Below are positions 46,202-56,015 of a stretch of 64,000 nt of DNA, piece after piece. Below the pieces are notes generated by a model. That model searched no databases. It was not told the DNA's origin and worked only from the letters and a program-made list of their open reading frames with translations. Made by a program: the position numbers and the translations under genes. Source of the DNA: Candidatus Altiarchaeales archaeon (GTDB taxonomy: Archaea; Altiarchaeota; Altiarchaeia; IMC4; SCGC-AAA252-I15); NCBI GenBank assembly GCA_014727915.1, contig WJMO01000006.1, forward strand, positions 224,001 to 288,000, in the 5' to 3' direction. Numbering within the stretch: position 1 is the first letter of the stretch; each line of letters starts with the position of its first letter.

Positions 46202-47941
46202 ATGGTGGACATCAGAACGCACGTCGACGTACTATTGGACGCTGTCAGGCGTGATGGGGTGGTGGACTTGGACAAGCTCACCAAGGAGGTGGGCGAGGAC
46301 AAGAAGAAGATAAACAACTGGCTCAAACAGTTGGAGAGCGTATTGCACGTAGACTACAGCATAAACCTCCTGAAGAAGCCCAGCGTGAAAGACAAGGAAT
46401 TGGAGCGCAAGTACGTGCCGAGCATAAGGGTGGATGTCAAAGGGGAGAAGATCGAGTCCTACAAAATCACCGTTGACGGCGTGCCTTCCGAGGTAAGCAT
46501 ACTGGACGTCAAAGGAGACGTGATGCGAACCTACAACGTCGACCTGCCAAGGATAGGGGACGGGACCCACGCCCTATTGGACAATGTGGTCAAAGAGCTC
46601 GCAGTCAAAGCCAGCATCAAGGTCGAGGAGATAGCGGACCCGAAGAAGGCCGCGGGCGTGAAGGAACGGTTCAGGGAGCAGGCTAAAGCCAGGATACTCG
46701 AGGAGATGCCGGTCACAGAGGAACAGAGCAAAATGCTCGCAGGCATCGTATTGCACAGGGTCTACGGCCTGGGAGACCTGGAGATGATACTCGGCGACGA
46801 CATGATAGAGGAGATCTGCGTCAACAGCAGCGGACTCCCGATAGTAGTCTACCAGCGGAAGCACGGCTGGCTCAAATCCAACATCATACTCCCAGAGGAG
46901 AAGGACATATTCGACTACGCCTCGCAGATCGGGCGGAGGGTCGGGAAGGACATAACCAACCTCAACCCTCTCATGGACGCCCGGCTCATATCAGGGGACC
47001 GGGTGGTAGCGTCCATGTTCCCAATATCATCCCAGGGCAACACGATAACCATAAGGAAGTTCGCCCGGGACCCTTGGACTGTCGTGGACTTCATGAGCCC
47101 CGAATACAACACCATCTCCCCCCAGATCGCATCGTTCCTGTGGCTGTGCATACAATACGAGCTGAGCGTCCTCGTAGCCGGGGGAACGGCCTCGGGGAAG
47201 ACGAGCATGCTGAACAGCCTCTGCGCATTCATACCCCCCGGGCAGAGGGTTGTGAGCATAGAGGACACGAGAGAGATACAATTGCCATCACACCTCCACC
47301 TCAACTGGATACAACTGACCACTAGAGAGCCTAACCCCGATGGCCTGGGCGGTGTTACCATGCTCGACCTCATACTGTCCTCGCTGAGGATGCGGCCGGA
47401 CAGGATAATCGTCGGGGAGATAAGGGACCGGAACGAGGCTGAGGTATTGTTCGAGGCCATGCACACCGGCCACAGCGTATACTCTACCATGCACGCGGAC
47501 ACATGCCAGCACGTCAGACGCAGGGTTACAGAACCCCCCATACAGATACCGGAGGCGGAATTGGAGGCGTTGCAGGTGATAATGACCCAGTACCGTGACC
47601 GCCTTCACGGGATAAGGAGGACCTTCGAAGTGGCGGAGGTCGTGCCAGGCACCAGGGAGCGGAGGCTGGAGCTGAAATACCTGTACAGGTGGAGGGTAAA
47701 GACGGACACGTTCGACAGGATAGACAAGAGCAGCAGAGTCGCCAACGACCTCAACCTATACACTGGGTTGAGCGCGAAGGAGATAGAGGAGGACCTGAAG
47801 GAGAAGGAGAGCGTGCTACAGTGGCTGCTTGACAACAGCATAAACAAGATGAACGACATAGGCCGGGTGATGAACATGTACTACACCGAACACGACGAGC
47901 TCATCACCGCAGTAGAGGGTGGCAAGGAGCTGGGAGAATAG
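46202..47941 (+). CDS. Type IV pilus assembly ATPase (CpaF/VirB11 family)
   Basis: EEICVNS, TIRKF, GGTASGKT, EDTREI, LRMRPDRIIVGEIR and HTGHSVYSTMHA; N-terminal wHTH-like extension. Confidence 0.93.
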   Translation: MVDIRTHVDVLLDAVRRDGVVDLDKLTKEVGEDKKKINNWLKQLESVLHVDYSINLLKKPSVKDKELERKYVPSIRVDVKGEKIESYKITVDGVPSEVSILDVKGDVMRTYNVDLPRIGDGTHALLDNVVKELAVKASIKVEEIADPKKAAGVKERFREQAKARILEEMPVTEEQSKMLAGIVLHRVYGLGDLEMILGDDMIEEICVNSSGLPIVVYQRKHGWLKSNIILPEEKDIFDYASQIGRRVGKDITNLNPLMDARLISGDRVVASMFPISSQGNTITIRKFARDPWTVVDFMSPEYNTISPQIASFLWLCIQYELSVLVAGGTASGKTSMLNSLCAFIPPGQRVVSIEDTREIQLPSHLHLNWIQLTTREPNPDGLGGVTMLDLILSSLRMRPDRIIVGEIRDRNEAEVLFEAMHTGHSVYSTMHADTCQHVRRRVTEPPIQIPEAELEALQVIMTQYRDRLHGIRRTFEVAEVVPGTRERRLELKYLYRWRVKTDTFDRIDKSSRVANDLNLYTGLSAKEIEEDLKEKESVLQWLLDNSINKMNDIGRVMNMYYTEHDELITAVEGGKELGE

Positions 47942-47944
47942 GGT

Positions 47945-48832
47945 ATGAGAGTCTATGCCATGATACTCCCCCAGGAGGCGGGGAGGAAGCTGGGACGGCG
48001 TCTGGAGGACTTCGGAATCTTCCTCACAGAGTTCATGCCCGAGCTGAAGAGCGACATAGTCTACTCTTCCATCGACATGACCGCCGAAGAGTACATGGTA
48101 TCGTCGGTCGCGTCAGCCCTCCTCCTCGGCGCGCTGATGTTCACGTTCACATACATCCCGGTGTCGGTGTTGGAGCTCGCTCCAGGAAACGAAATGCTCT
48201 TCTCAGGGGTGCCGGCACTGGTCGTGATGGGCCTGGACTTCTTCGTCCTGTTGAGATACCCGAAGATACTATCCTTCAAACGGGCAGAACTAGTCGACAG
48301 AGACCTCGTCTACGCGTTGAAGGACCTCCTTCTGAACATAAGCGCGGGCCTGAGCCTATTCGAGAGCATAAAGAAGATATCAGACGCCGACTACGGTTTC
48401 GTCTCAAGGGACATGAAGACTGTCGTGGAGAACACCAAACAGGGCATGCCATTGGACGACGCCCTCGAAGACCTAGCGTTGAAGACATCCAGCGAGCACA
48501 TGAGAAACGCCCTATGGCAGACCATCAACGCCGTAAAAGCAGGGGCCAGCGTCAAAGACGCCCTGGCAGGCATCATAGACGCGCTTATGAGAGAGCAGAA
48601 GAGGAAGATAATGAACTACATACAGGAGCTGAACGTGCTCTCCATGATATACATGCTGTTCGCCGTGGCAGTCCCCACCATCATAACAACGGTGCTGGTC
48701 GTGCTCACGTCCCTGATGGGAACAGGAGTGGACGAGAACATATACATGTTCGTCATCGGAATATGCATACTGGTCCAGATTTTCCTAGTGGGCTTCATAA
48801 AGAGCAGGCGGCCAGTTGTGACCGTCCTCTAA
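47945..48832 (+). CDS. Type II secretion system F family (TadC-like) membrane platform protein
   Basis: YP....RAELVDRDL..ALKDL...AGLSL...YG.VS pattern. Confidence 0.9.
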   Translation: MRVYAMILPQEAGRKLGRRLEDFGIFLTEFMPELKSDIVYSSIDMTAEEYMVSSVASALLLGALMFTFTYIPVSVLELAPGNEMLFSGVPALVVMGLDFFVLLRYPKILSFKRAELVDRDLVYALKDLLLNISAGLSLFESIKKISDADYGFVSRDMKTVVENTKQGMPLDDALEDLALKTSSEHMRNALWQTINAVKAGASVKDALAGIIDALMREQKRKIMNYIQELNVLSMIYMLFAVAVPTIITTVLVVLTSLMGTGVDENIYMFVIGICILVQIFLVGFIKSRRPVVTVL

Positions 48833-49149
48833 GCCTCCGGCTTCCCGAAGAGGTTGGGGCTGCGCGGCTTCTTGTATCCCCGGTCGTGCACACGATAGGA
48901 GTCCTCGCCCAAACCCAGAATGCTTACCAGCTCGGACCTGGCGACTAGGAACCGGCTATGACCGAGGAAAGTTGATAGGTAGTTGGCAGTCAATCCCGTC
49001 ATCAGCTTCTCCTTCTCTTCGGCGGTCATGTGCTCCACGTCGGTTATGTTCATCTTCTTAAGCTCGTTGACGAGTATCAAAGCCCCAGACCTCCCAGACC
49101 ACTTTATCATGAAATCCAAAAGCTGCTTGCCTATCGCATGCGAAGCCAT
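48829..49149 (-). CDS. Small helical protein encoded directly downstream of a KaiC-like ATPase
   Basis: Starts 5 bp after the kaiC-like gene; resembles the N-terminal domain of 40999..41724. Confidence 0.7.
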   Translation of the reverse strand: MASHAIGKQLLDFMIKWSGRSGALILVNELKKMNITDVEHMTAEEKEKLMTGLTANYLSTFLGHSRFLVARSELVSILGLGEDSYRVHDRGYKKPRSPNLFGKPEA

Positions 49150-49153
49150 ATTA

Positions 49154-49861
49154 TCACTTGTACATCACCTTAAGCCCGTTGGAGGATATGTCATAGTCCA
49201 CGAAGTTCTTCACATGGTCCGACCCCCGCATCTTATGGACCTTTATCTGCCGCCCCCACTCCTCAGTCATCTTCAGCAACGTGACGGAGTCCGAGAGGAA
49301 GTCCTCCATCCCGAACCTGCTTATGTCATCAGACGCATAGCTTATCTCGGTTGTGAAAAGGGTGGTCGCGCCCATCTTCTTCAACGCCATCATGAACCTG
49401 AACAGCTCCGACCTGAATATCTGCTCGTCATGGTAGGCGATGGCAAGTGGAACGATGCTGTCCAACCCCACCCTTACGCAGTCGCTGTAGTTAATCTTTA
49501 TGAACTCGAACAGGTTGTCCAGCCTCAGGGGGCTCTCCTCGCTCTCCAGCTCGTCCTGGGTTGATATTACATTGGCCCTCAACGAGGACATGTCGCATAG
49601 TGCGAGCATCTCCTCACCGACCGAGTCCAGATCCAAGCCGATCGTCTTGCAGTCACGCTTGATCTGGGACATGGTCTCCTCAAGGGTTATGTAGACCGCC
49701 TTCTGACCGAACTTCTCCGCGCCGTTCAATAGATAGGACAGGGTGAAGAGGGTCTTGCCGGACCCGCTGCAACCCGCTATCAGGTTTATGCTCTCAGGTA
49801 TGTAGCCGCCGCCGAGCAGATTATCATAGCCTTCGATGCCTGTCTTAATCCTGTCACTCAT
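49154..49861 (-). CDS. KaiC/RAD55-like single-domain ATPase
   Basis: IKTGIEG.D.LLGGG, GCSGSGKT, YITLEE, GLDS, FLSDSV and HKMRGS; start MSDRIK at 49861. Confidence 0.9.
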   Translation of the reverse strand: MSDRIKTGIEGYDNLLGGGYIPESINLIAGCSGSGKTLFTLSYLLNGAEKFGQKAVYITLEETMSQIKRDCKTIGLDLDSVGEEMLALCDMSSLRANVISTQDELESEESPLRLDNLFEFIKINYSDCVRVGLDSIVPLAIAYHDEQIFRSELFRFMMALKKMGATTLFTTEISYASDDISRFGMEDFLSDSVTLLKMTEEWGRQIKVHKMRGSDHVKNFVDYDISSNGLKVMYK

Positions 49862-49935
49862 GAGATCACCTTTTGCCAGGTAACATATTAAGCGGCTATT
49901 ATAAAAGATGGGTAATATACATAAGATAATCGAAG

Positions 49936-50916
49936 ATGAAGGCATACTATATAGCTGCGAAATTCTTCCCGGAAGAAGTTAAGGAAGAGGTCCGGACGCT
50001 GCTACAATACTGCGGCAGCAGGATGAGCCCGGAAGTCTGGGTGGGAAGGGCGCTGCTGGTCAGCATGATGGTCTTCACCTTAGCCCTGTTCATAGTCCAC
50101 TATACGATAGAAGACTACTGGAGGGCCGTGTTACTGATGCTGTTGGCATTGACAATCTACCACATAACGACATACCTGCTGCTCTTCTACAAGGCGGAAG
50201 GCCGGGCGAGGGCGGTGGAGAGGGTACTCCCCAACTTCCTGCAGCTGGTGGCGGCGAACCTGAACTCGGGGATGACCCCCTTCCAGGCGTTCAAGGAGTC
50301 CAGCAGGATGGAATTCGGGATACTCAAAGACGAGATAGACAACACCATCGCGCTTTCCATGGGTACCATGCCATTCCACGACGCGCTGTTGGACATGCCT
50401 AAGAGGGTGAAGTCCACCATGTTCAAGAACGTCATCGAGCTGTTCGTGGAGGGGATGAAGACCGGCGGGCCGCTGGCCACCCTGCTGGCCGACATCGCCA
50501 AGGACATAAACGAGAACCTCGACCTGCGGAGGGAAATCGTGACACGCAGCAGGAGCTACATACTGTTCATATCCTTCATAGTCGTTTTCGGGTCGCCCCT
50601 GCTGACCGCGGTTTCCCTCCATTTCATACGCACAATAGACGAGGTCATCGGGGTCGTGCAGATGGAGATCCCGGAGATACAGAGCGTAGGGGGCATAAGC
50701 TTCGGCGAGCTCGTGCTCACCCCGGAGTTCCTGACCCGCGTGGGCATCGTGAACATCTCGCTCACCTCCCTGATAGCCAGCTGGCTTCTAGCGATAATCA
50801 GCCATGGGAAGGACAAGTACCTGTTCAGGTACGCTGTATTCCTCGTTCCCGCATCTATCGCGGCGTTCTTCATACTCGACTTCCTGATAAAGACGTTGTT
50901 GGGTTCACCGATATAA
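49936..50916 (+). CDS. Type II secretion system F family (TadC-like) membrane platform protein
   Basis: RARAVERVLPNFLQLVAANLNSGMTP...EFGIL...GG.LA.LL. Confidence 0.9.
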   Translation: MKAYYIAAKFFPEEVKEEVRTLLQYCGSRMSPEVWVGRALLVSMMVFTLALFIVHYTIEDYWRAVLLMLLALTIYHITTYLLLFYKAEGRARAVERVLPNFLQLVAANLNSGMTPFQAFKESSRMEFGILKDEIDNTIALSMGTMPFHDALLDMPKRVKSTMFKNVIELFVEGMKTGGPLATLLADIAKDINENLDLRREIVTRSRSYILFISFIVVFGSPLLTAVSLHFIRTIDEVIGVVQMEIPEIQSVGGISFGELVLTPEFLTRVGIVNISLTSLIASWLLAIISHGKDKYLFRYAVFLVPASIAAFFILDFLIKTLLGSPI

Positions 50917-50917
50917 G

Positions 50918-52036
50918 ATGAAGGTTGCACTGGTAAGCGAGTACTTTCCAATGAGCCCCGGCCGGGAGATGCGCGGGGGAGTGGAAGCCAGGACATACTT
51001 CGTGTCAAGACACCTCGCCAAACGCCATGACGTCAAAGTCTACAGCATCATGGAGGATGGGATGAGCGAGGAAAGCGAGTTCGAGGGCATGAGGGTGGCG
51101 AGGGTGAAGCCCGAAGTGTCCTATTCACAGTCGTCGTCTTTGGACAAGCGATTGATGTTCATGCGAAACGCCGCAAAGGAGATTAGGAAGGGAGGTTATG
51201 ACCTGGTGGACGGCTGCAGCGTCACAGGATACCCTCCCGCATGGTGGAGCAAGTGCAGGGGTAGGGTGATAACATACCACGACCTCTGGACAGGCAGATG
51301 GATCCAGAACATGGGTTGGAAGGGGTTGTTCGGGGAAGTGCTGGAAAGGTACGTCCTGTCAAGGAACTGGGACCACATAACGGCCGTCAGCCAGTACACC
51401 AAAGACAACCTCGTAGATTATGGGATAGACGCGGATAGGATAACCGTCGCCCACAACGGCATAGACTTGGAAGAGTACAAGAGCGTGAATTCTGAAAAAT
51501 ACGATTCGCCAACGGTCTGCGCTGTGGCCCGGATGGTGAAGTACAAGCGATTGGAAGACCTGATAAGAGCCCATTCGCTGGTGAGGGAGGAGGTAGAGGA
51601 CGCCAGGGTGAGGATAATAGGCACCGGACCCGAGAGAGAAAGGCTCGAATCATTGTCGGAATCCCTGGGAGTCTCCGACTCCGTGGAGTTCATAGGATAC
51701 GTGAGGGAGCACGCTGAAGTCCTGAAGACCATCAAGTCCTCCCATTGCCTCTGCCTGCCCAGCGCGGTGGAGGGGTTCGGCATAACCGTCGTGGAAGCCA
51801 TGGCATTGGATGTTCCTTATGTGGCGTCGGACATACCAGCGGTAAGGGAAGCCACGAGAGGCGGGGCTGGCGGATCTCTATACAAGCTGGGAGACGTTGA
51901 GGAACTGGCGGAAAAGCTGAAGGCCGCGCTAAACGGCGAGGTAAGGGGAGGGGTGAAGTTCATAGAGGAGTACGATTGGAGCAGGACGGCGGAGAAGGTG
52001 GAGGACGTCTATGAGAGAGTCGTTGAACGGAGTTGA
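50918..52036 (+). CDS. Glycosyltransferase family 4
   Basis: GGVE, AVS, HNGID, K and EGFGITVVEAMA motifs. Confidence 0.93.
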   Translation: MKVALVSEYFPMSPGREMRGGVEARTYFVSRHLAKRHDVKVYSIMEDGMSEESEFEGMRVARVKPEVSYSQSSSLDKRLMFMRNAAKEIRKGGYDLVDGCSVTGYPPAWWSKCRGRVITYHDLWTGRWIQNMGWKGLFGEVLERYVLSRNWDHITAVSQYTKDNLVDYGIDADRITVAHNGIDLEEYKSVNSEKYDSPTVCAVARMVKYKRLEDLIRAHSLVREEVEDARVRIIGTGPERERLESLSESLGVSDSVEFIGYVREHAEVLKTIKSSHCLCLPSAVEGFGITVVEAMALDVPYVASDIPAVREATRGGAGGSLYKLGDVEELAEKLKAALNGEVRGGVKFIEEYDWSRTAEKVEDVYERVVERS

Positions 52037-53597
52037 TAGCGGAGCCTGGATGCTAATAGCGCTTATACTTTCTTCCGCGCTCATGATACCCCAACTTGGA
52101 GACGCGTTCGGCGGATTCCACGGCATGAGCGAAGCCTACTTCACACAGCTTGGGCAGAGCCTCCTCGACAACCCGCTGAAGTATCCCACGAGGCCGGACG
52201 GGTCGGCACAGTCGGACAACATACTACTACCATACCTCCTGTACGTGAGCTTCAAGGTGTTCGGCGTGTCGGAGGCCAGCGCGCGATTTGTGGTGGTGGC
52301 GTTCACGCTCGCGGCAATCGCAGCAGTCTACCATATCTGCAAGAGGCTGTACGGTGCCAGGACGGCAGCATATGCGAGCCTCATACTGGCGGCTACTCCA
52401 ATGAATGTGCTAGTGGGTAGGAACGTCCAACCGGACACCGTATTCGTATCCCTCGGACTGTCAGCAGTCTGCCTGTTCCTCAAGGGCGGCAGACGCAACA
52501 CCATCCTGGCGGGCGCTCTCGCCTTCCTCTCCTTCCTGGCGAAGCTGCCGGGCATACTATTCACAATCGGCATAATAGCCTACGTCATATCCGAGAAGAG
52601 AAGCGACGTTCTCAACGACCCCCGGCTTAAAACTTTCCTAGTCACATCCCTCCTGATCATGATACCATACCTGGCGTACAACCTTGCCTTCCACCAGCAA
52701 GGCTTCCTGTCAGCGGTCACGTCAAGGGTGATGCTGGCAGCCTCGGAGGAGGGGAGCAACAACGGACCGGACATGATAGCCTACGAGACATTCTACGGAT
52801 TGAGCCCGCTGATAGCATTGGCATTCCTCGCCGGACTTGCATATTCCATTGCAAAGCATCGTGAAAATAACACCCTGCCCCTCATATTCTCCGCCATGTT
52901 CCTCCTGTTCTTCCTCGTCTACAACAAGCACAGCTACTACATCCTACCACTCGCGCCTTTCGCGGCGATGATAGCAGCGAATGCACTGGCGGGCATCAGG
53001 GAAAAACGTGTTGAAACCGCGCTCATGATATTGCTGGTCTTGTCCGGCGCGTTCTACAGCCTGCTGATGCTCTGCGGCAACAAGTACGGGTACAGGGAAT
53101 ACGAGAGGCTGCCGGGAATTTATGGTGAGGAGGACGCGGCCATAGCGGTGTCGGACCACATCTCCGACAACTTCATAGACCTCGTAACCTACTACAACCC
53201 CCGAGCGGAAGTGATCAGGCTGAAGAACGTAAGGGAGGGCGAGGACTGCCTTATGCCGTTGGACTACACCAGACCAACATATAACCTGCTACACCGTTCT
53301 GAACTGAGCCTGAACGCGTTGAACGAGGACATGAGAGCCCGACTGCTAGAGAGGAGCGCCGCATCCGACGTCTACGCCCTGTCATTCTTCGGCATCGTGT
53401 TCAGCGCCGAGCCAGCCAACCAGCACTTCTTCACCCACGGGAGGCTGCGGATGAACAGGGCAAAAGACGTCAGAGGAACAGGGCCGGTGAAACTCGGCGA
53501 AGCCCCCGAACTCTTCCTCGTCAAACTGAAAGAAGGAGAAAGACTCTACCGCCGCGAAGACGGAGCATACAGCATACGAGGCCGAGCAGGTTTTTAA
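52011..53597 (+). CDS. GT-C fold (ArnT/PMT-like) membrane glycosyltransferase
   Basis: EAYF...FGVSEASAR, PD, LAK and SYYILPLAPF; multiple TM helices plus an extracellular C-terminus. Confidence 0.82.
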   Translation: MRESLNGVDSGAWMLIALILSSALMIPQLGDAFGGFHGMSEAYFTQLGQSLLDNPLKYPTRPDGSAQSDNILLPYLLYVSFKVFGVSEASARFVVVAFTLAAIAAVYHICKRLYGARTAAYASLILAATPMNVLVGRNVQPDTVFVSLGLSAVCLFLKGGRRNTILAGALAFLSFLAKLPGILFTIGIIAYVISEKRSDVLNDPRLKTFLVTSLLIMIPYLAYNLAFHQQGFLSAVTSRVMLAASEEGSNNGPDMIAYETFYGLSPLIALAFLAGLAYSIAKHRENNTLPLIFSAMFLLFFLVYNKHSYYILPLAPFAAMIAANALAGIREKRVETALMILLVLSGAFYSLLMLCGNKYGYREYERLPGIYGEEDAAIAVSDHISDNFIDLVTYYNPRAEVIRLKNVREGEDCLMPLDYTRPTYNLLHRSELSLNALNEDMRARLLERSAASDVYALSFFGIVFSAEPANQHFFTHGRLRMNRAKDVRGTGPVKLGEAPELFLVKLKEGERLYRREDGAYSIRGRAGF

Positions 53598-53636
53598 GGT
53601 CTCTGCGAATACTTTACCAAAAATGATATTTTTTCT

Positions 53637-54347
53637 GTGGTGATTGGATTGATTGATCGAGTTCCGAGCGGGATACCAGGCCTCGACGAACTCCTGGGAG
53701 GGGGTTTCGTCAAGCGGAGGCATATCGTCATCTGCGGGGGTCCTGGAAGCGGTAAGACGACACTTGGCTATGAGTTCCTGTACCGGGGGGCTGAAGAGTA
53801 CAATGAGAAGGGCTTGTTCGTTTCCCTTGAGCAGTCCCCGGAGAGGGTGGTGGAGGGCGCGAAGGCCCTCTTCAAGGAGTGGGACTGGGACAGCCACCTG
53901 GACAAGAACATCGTCGTGACGAGGATACAGTTGGAGGACTTCAACAACCTGAAGGACATAATAGGCAGCTATGTGAGGGAGCACGGGGTCAAGCGGGTAG
54001 TGTTGGACAGCCTCACGTTGCTGAAGCTGTACTTCAGGGGGGAGGACGCGTACAGGAACAACCTCTACGAGCTTCTGACGTTCATGGGCGACCTGGACTG
54101 CACCTCCCTGCTCACGTTGGAGAAGGAGATTAACAAGAGGAGCGAGGCCAACTACGACATGGAGGAGTTCGTGGCCGACGGGGTCATAAACATGTACCTT
54201 GTCCCCAAGGACATGGACCGGCTCAGGGTGTTGGAGATAATAAAGATGCGGGACACAGACCACAGCACCAAGCTCTGCCCGTTCAAGATAACACCCGAGG
54301 GGCTTATGATCTCGCCAAAAGCCAGGATGTTCGGCGGCATCGAGTGA
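53637..54347 (+). CDS. KaiC/RAD55-like single-domain ATPase
   Basis: SGIPGLDELLGGG, GGPGSGKT, SLEQ, VVLDS, EEFVADG and IKMRDT. Confidence 0.92.
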   Translation: MVIGLIDRVPSGIPGLDELLGGGFVKRRHIVICGGPGSGKTTLGYEFLYRGAEEYNEKGLFVSLEQSPERVVEGAKALFKEWDWDSHLDKNIVVTRIQLEDFNNLKDIIGSYVREHGVKRVVLDSLTLLKLYFRGEDAYRNNLYELLTFMGDLDCTSLLTLEKEINKRSEANYDMEEFVADGVINMYLVPKDMDRLRVLEIIKMRDTDHSTKLCPFKITPEGLMISPKARMFGGIE

Positions 54348-54348
54348 T

Positions 54349-55245
54349 GTGACGATGGATCCGGGTTCTGGAGTCTACGCGTACCTTTTGAACAAGGTGA
54401 CAGGGTATTTCAGCGAGGTCAACGGCAGCCTCGCTGAGAAGGCGCTCCAGGACAGCAGGGGAATATTGGATGAAGCGAAGGTCAAGTACACCATAGACAA
54501 GGGGCTTATAACCATCACCGAATCCGAGGAGAAACACATCAATGCACTGTACGATTTCACCCTATCGGTTGCTGAGGTCTTCGAATCCAAGTACGGCGTG
54601 AACGAGGTGTGGGGTAAGCTGAAGAAGGTAATGGTCTCGGTGCTCGTGGACAACAAGACAGAAGTCAAAGAGTACTCGGTCGAGCTGCCAATAGCCAAGT
54701 ACAGGATAAGGTACATGAGACAGGACAATGTGGTCGGCTTCAGCACGGCCAAGATAATGGACAAGGACCGGTGGTTGGACGGGCAGGTGCTGGTCACAAA
54801 CCATAGGATGGTATTCCAGGAGACGAAGACCGACTATGAGGTCCCGCTCTCTGCGATAGCCACCATAGGGCGTGAGATATACCTGAAGGGGGTGAGTTCC
54901 CGGGAGCTAGGGGGCGTGATAAGGATGATAGACTTCAGGATGAAACCTGAGCTGCTCTCATGCGCCCTCTTCCTCGCCGAGAAGGAGTTCATGAGGGAGT
55001 TCATGAGGGTCGTGTCCATAGCTAGGGGAGAGTACGCGAGGTTGAACGACGTCGAGACTAGAGTGTTGCTGGCGCTATACAGGGAGGTTCCCGCCAAGGA
55101 GCTTCCCATGATATGCAACATAGGCGAGTGGGAGGCGAAAAAGTCGTTCGAGCGGATTTTGGACCTCGGGTTCGTGGACAAAGGCGGGCACCTGACTTCA
55201 TACGGGATAAACACTGCGGAAGGATACTTAAAACAGAACAGGTAA
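54349..55245 (+). CDS. CheF-like protein with an extra N-terminal helical domain
   Basis: WLDGQVLVTNHRMVF...VPLSAIATIGRE (PH-like CheF segment) and LNDVETRVLLALY...FERILDLGFVD..G.LT..G (like the CheF C-terminus). Confidence 0.65.
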   Translation: MTMDPGSGVYAYLLNKVTGYFSEVNGSLAEKALQDSRGILDEAKVKYTIDKGLITITESEEKHINALYDFTLSVAEVFESKYGVNEVWGKLKKVMVSVLVDNKTEVKEYSVELPIAKYRIRYMRQDNVVGFSTAKIMDKDRWLDGQVLVTNHRMVFQETKTDYEVPLSAIATIGREIYLKGVSSRELGGVIRMIDFRMKPELLSCALFLAEKEFMREFMRVVSIARGEYARLNDVETRVLLALYREVPAKELPMICNIGEWEAKKSFERILDLGFVDKGGHLTSYGINTAEGYLKQNR

Positions 55246-55266
55246 AATGGTAAAAGCGGAGGATAT

Positions 55267-55971
55267 TTGGTTAAAATGACAGTTGATTTGGACAGGAGCA
55301 TAGTTGTGAACTTCAAGACGTACGAGCAGGCCACTGGAGCGAAAGCGGTGAAACTGGCTGGCATATGCGATGAGGTGGCGGAGGAGGCGGGAGCCAACAT
55401 AGTCGTCGCAGTGCAGGCTGTGGACATACGGGCAGTCGCCGAGGCAGTCTCGATCCCGGTGTTCGCCCAGCACATAGACCCTGTGAAGTACGGGAGCAGC
55501 ACAGGTTGGATACTCCCGGAGGCTGTATTGGAGGCAGGGGCAGTGGGGACTTTGATAAGCCACAGCGAGCACAAGCTTGCGGTATTCGACATAGAGCCCC
55601 GAGTGAACAAGGCGAGGGAGTTGGGTTTGACCAGCATAGTCTGCTCTGGCATGGAAAGCAACGAGGAAACGATCAAGGAGACCAAGGAGATAGCCGCCTT
55701 GAAGCCGGACTTCATCGCAGCCGAGCCCCCGGACCTCATAGGAGGTGACGTGTCTGTGACCACCAGGCCGGACCTAGTCAGGGGCGTGGTAGAAGCCGTC
55801 AAAGAAGTGGATCCTGACGTCAGCGTGCTTACTGGAGCCGGTGTCAAGACCGGCGACGACGTCCATGACGCGCTCGAACTAGGGACCAGGGGAGTGCTGC
55901 TCGCATCAGGGGTGACGAAAGCAGAAGACCCCAAGAAAGCGCTGATGGACCTGTGCAAAGGACTCGAATAG
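55267..55971 (+). CDS. tpiA: Triosephosphate isomerase (archaeal type)
   Basis: VNFKTY, AQH, HSE, EPPDLIG, GAG and LLASG. Confidence 0.96.
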   Translation: MVKMTVDLDRSIVVNFKTYEQATGAKAVKLAGICDEVAEEAGANIVVAVQAVDIRAVAEAVSIPVFAQHIDPVKYGSSTGWILPEAVLEAGAVGTLISHSEHKLAVFDIEPRVNKARELGLTSIVCSGMESNEETIKETKEIAALKPDFIAAEPPDLIGGDVSVTTRPDLVRGVVEAVKEVDPDVSVLTGAGVKTGDDVHDALELGTRGVLLASGVTKAEDPKKALMDLCKGLE

Positions 55972-56015
55972 TTTGGGAAAAAGTATAAACTATTCATACT
56001 TTTCCCCATTATTTT

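Noticed and set aside
49154-54347. Circadian clock
   Set aside because: Both ATPases are single-domain, and no kaiA or kaiB is present.
54834-56009. 391-aa minus-strand ORF
   Set aside because: Antisense shadow of tpiA and the CheF-like gene; Ser/Thr-rich with no motifs.
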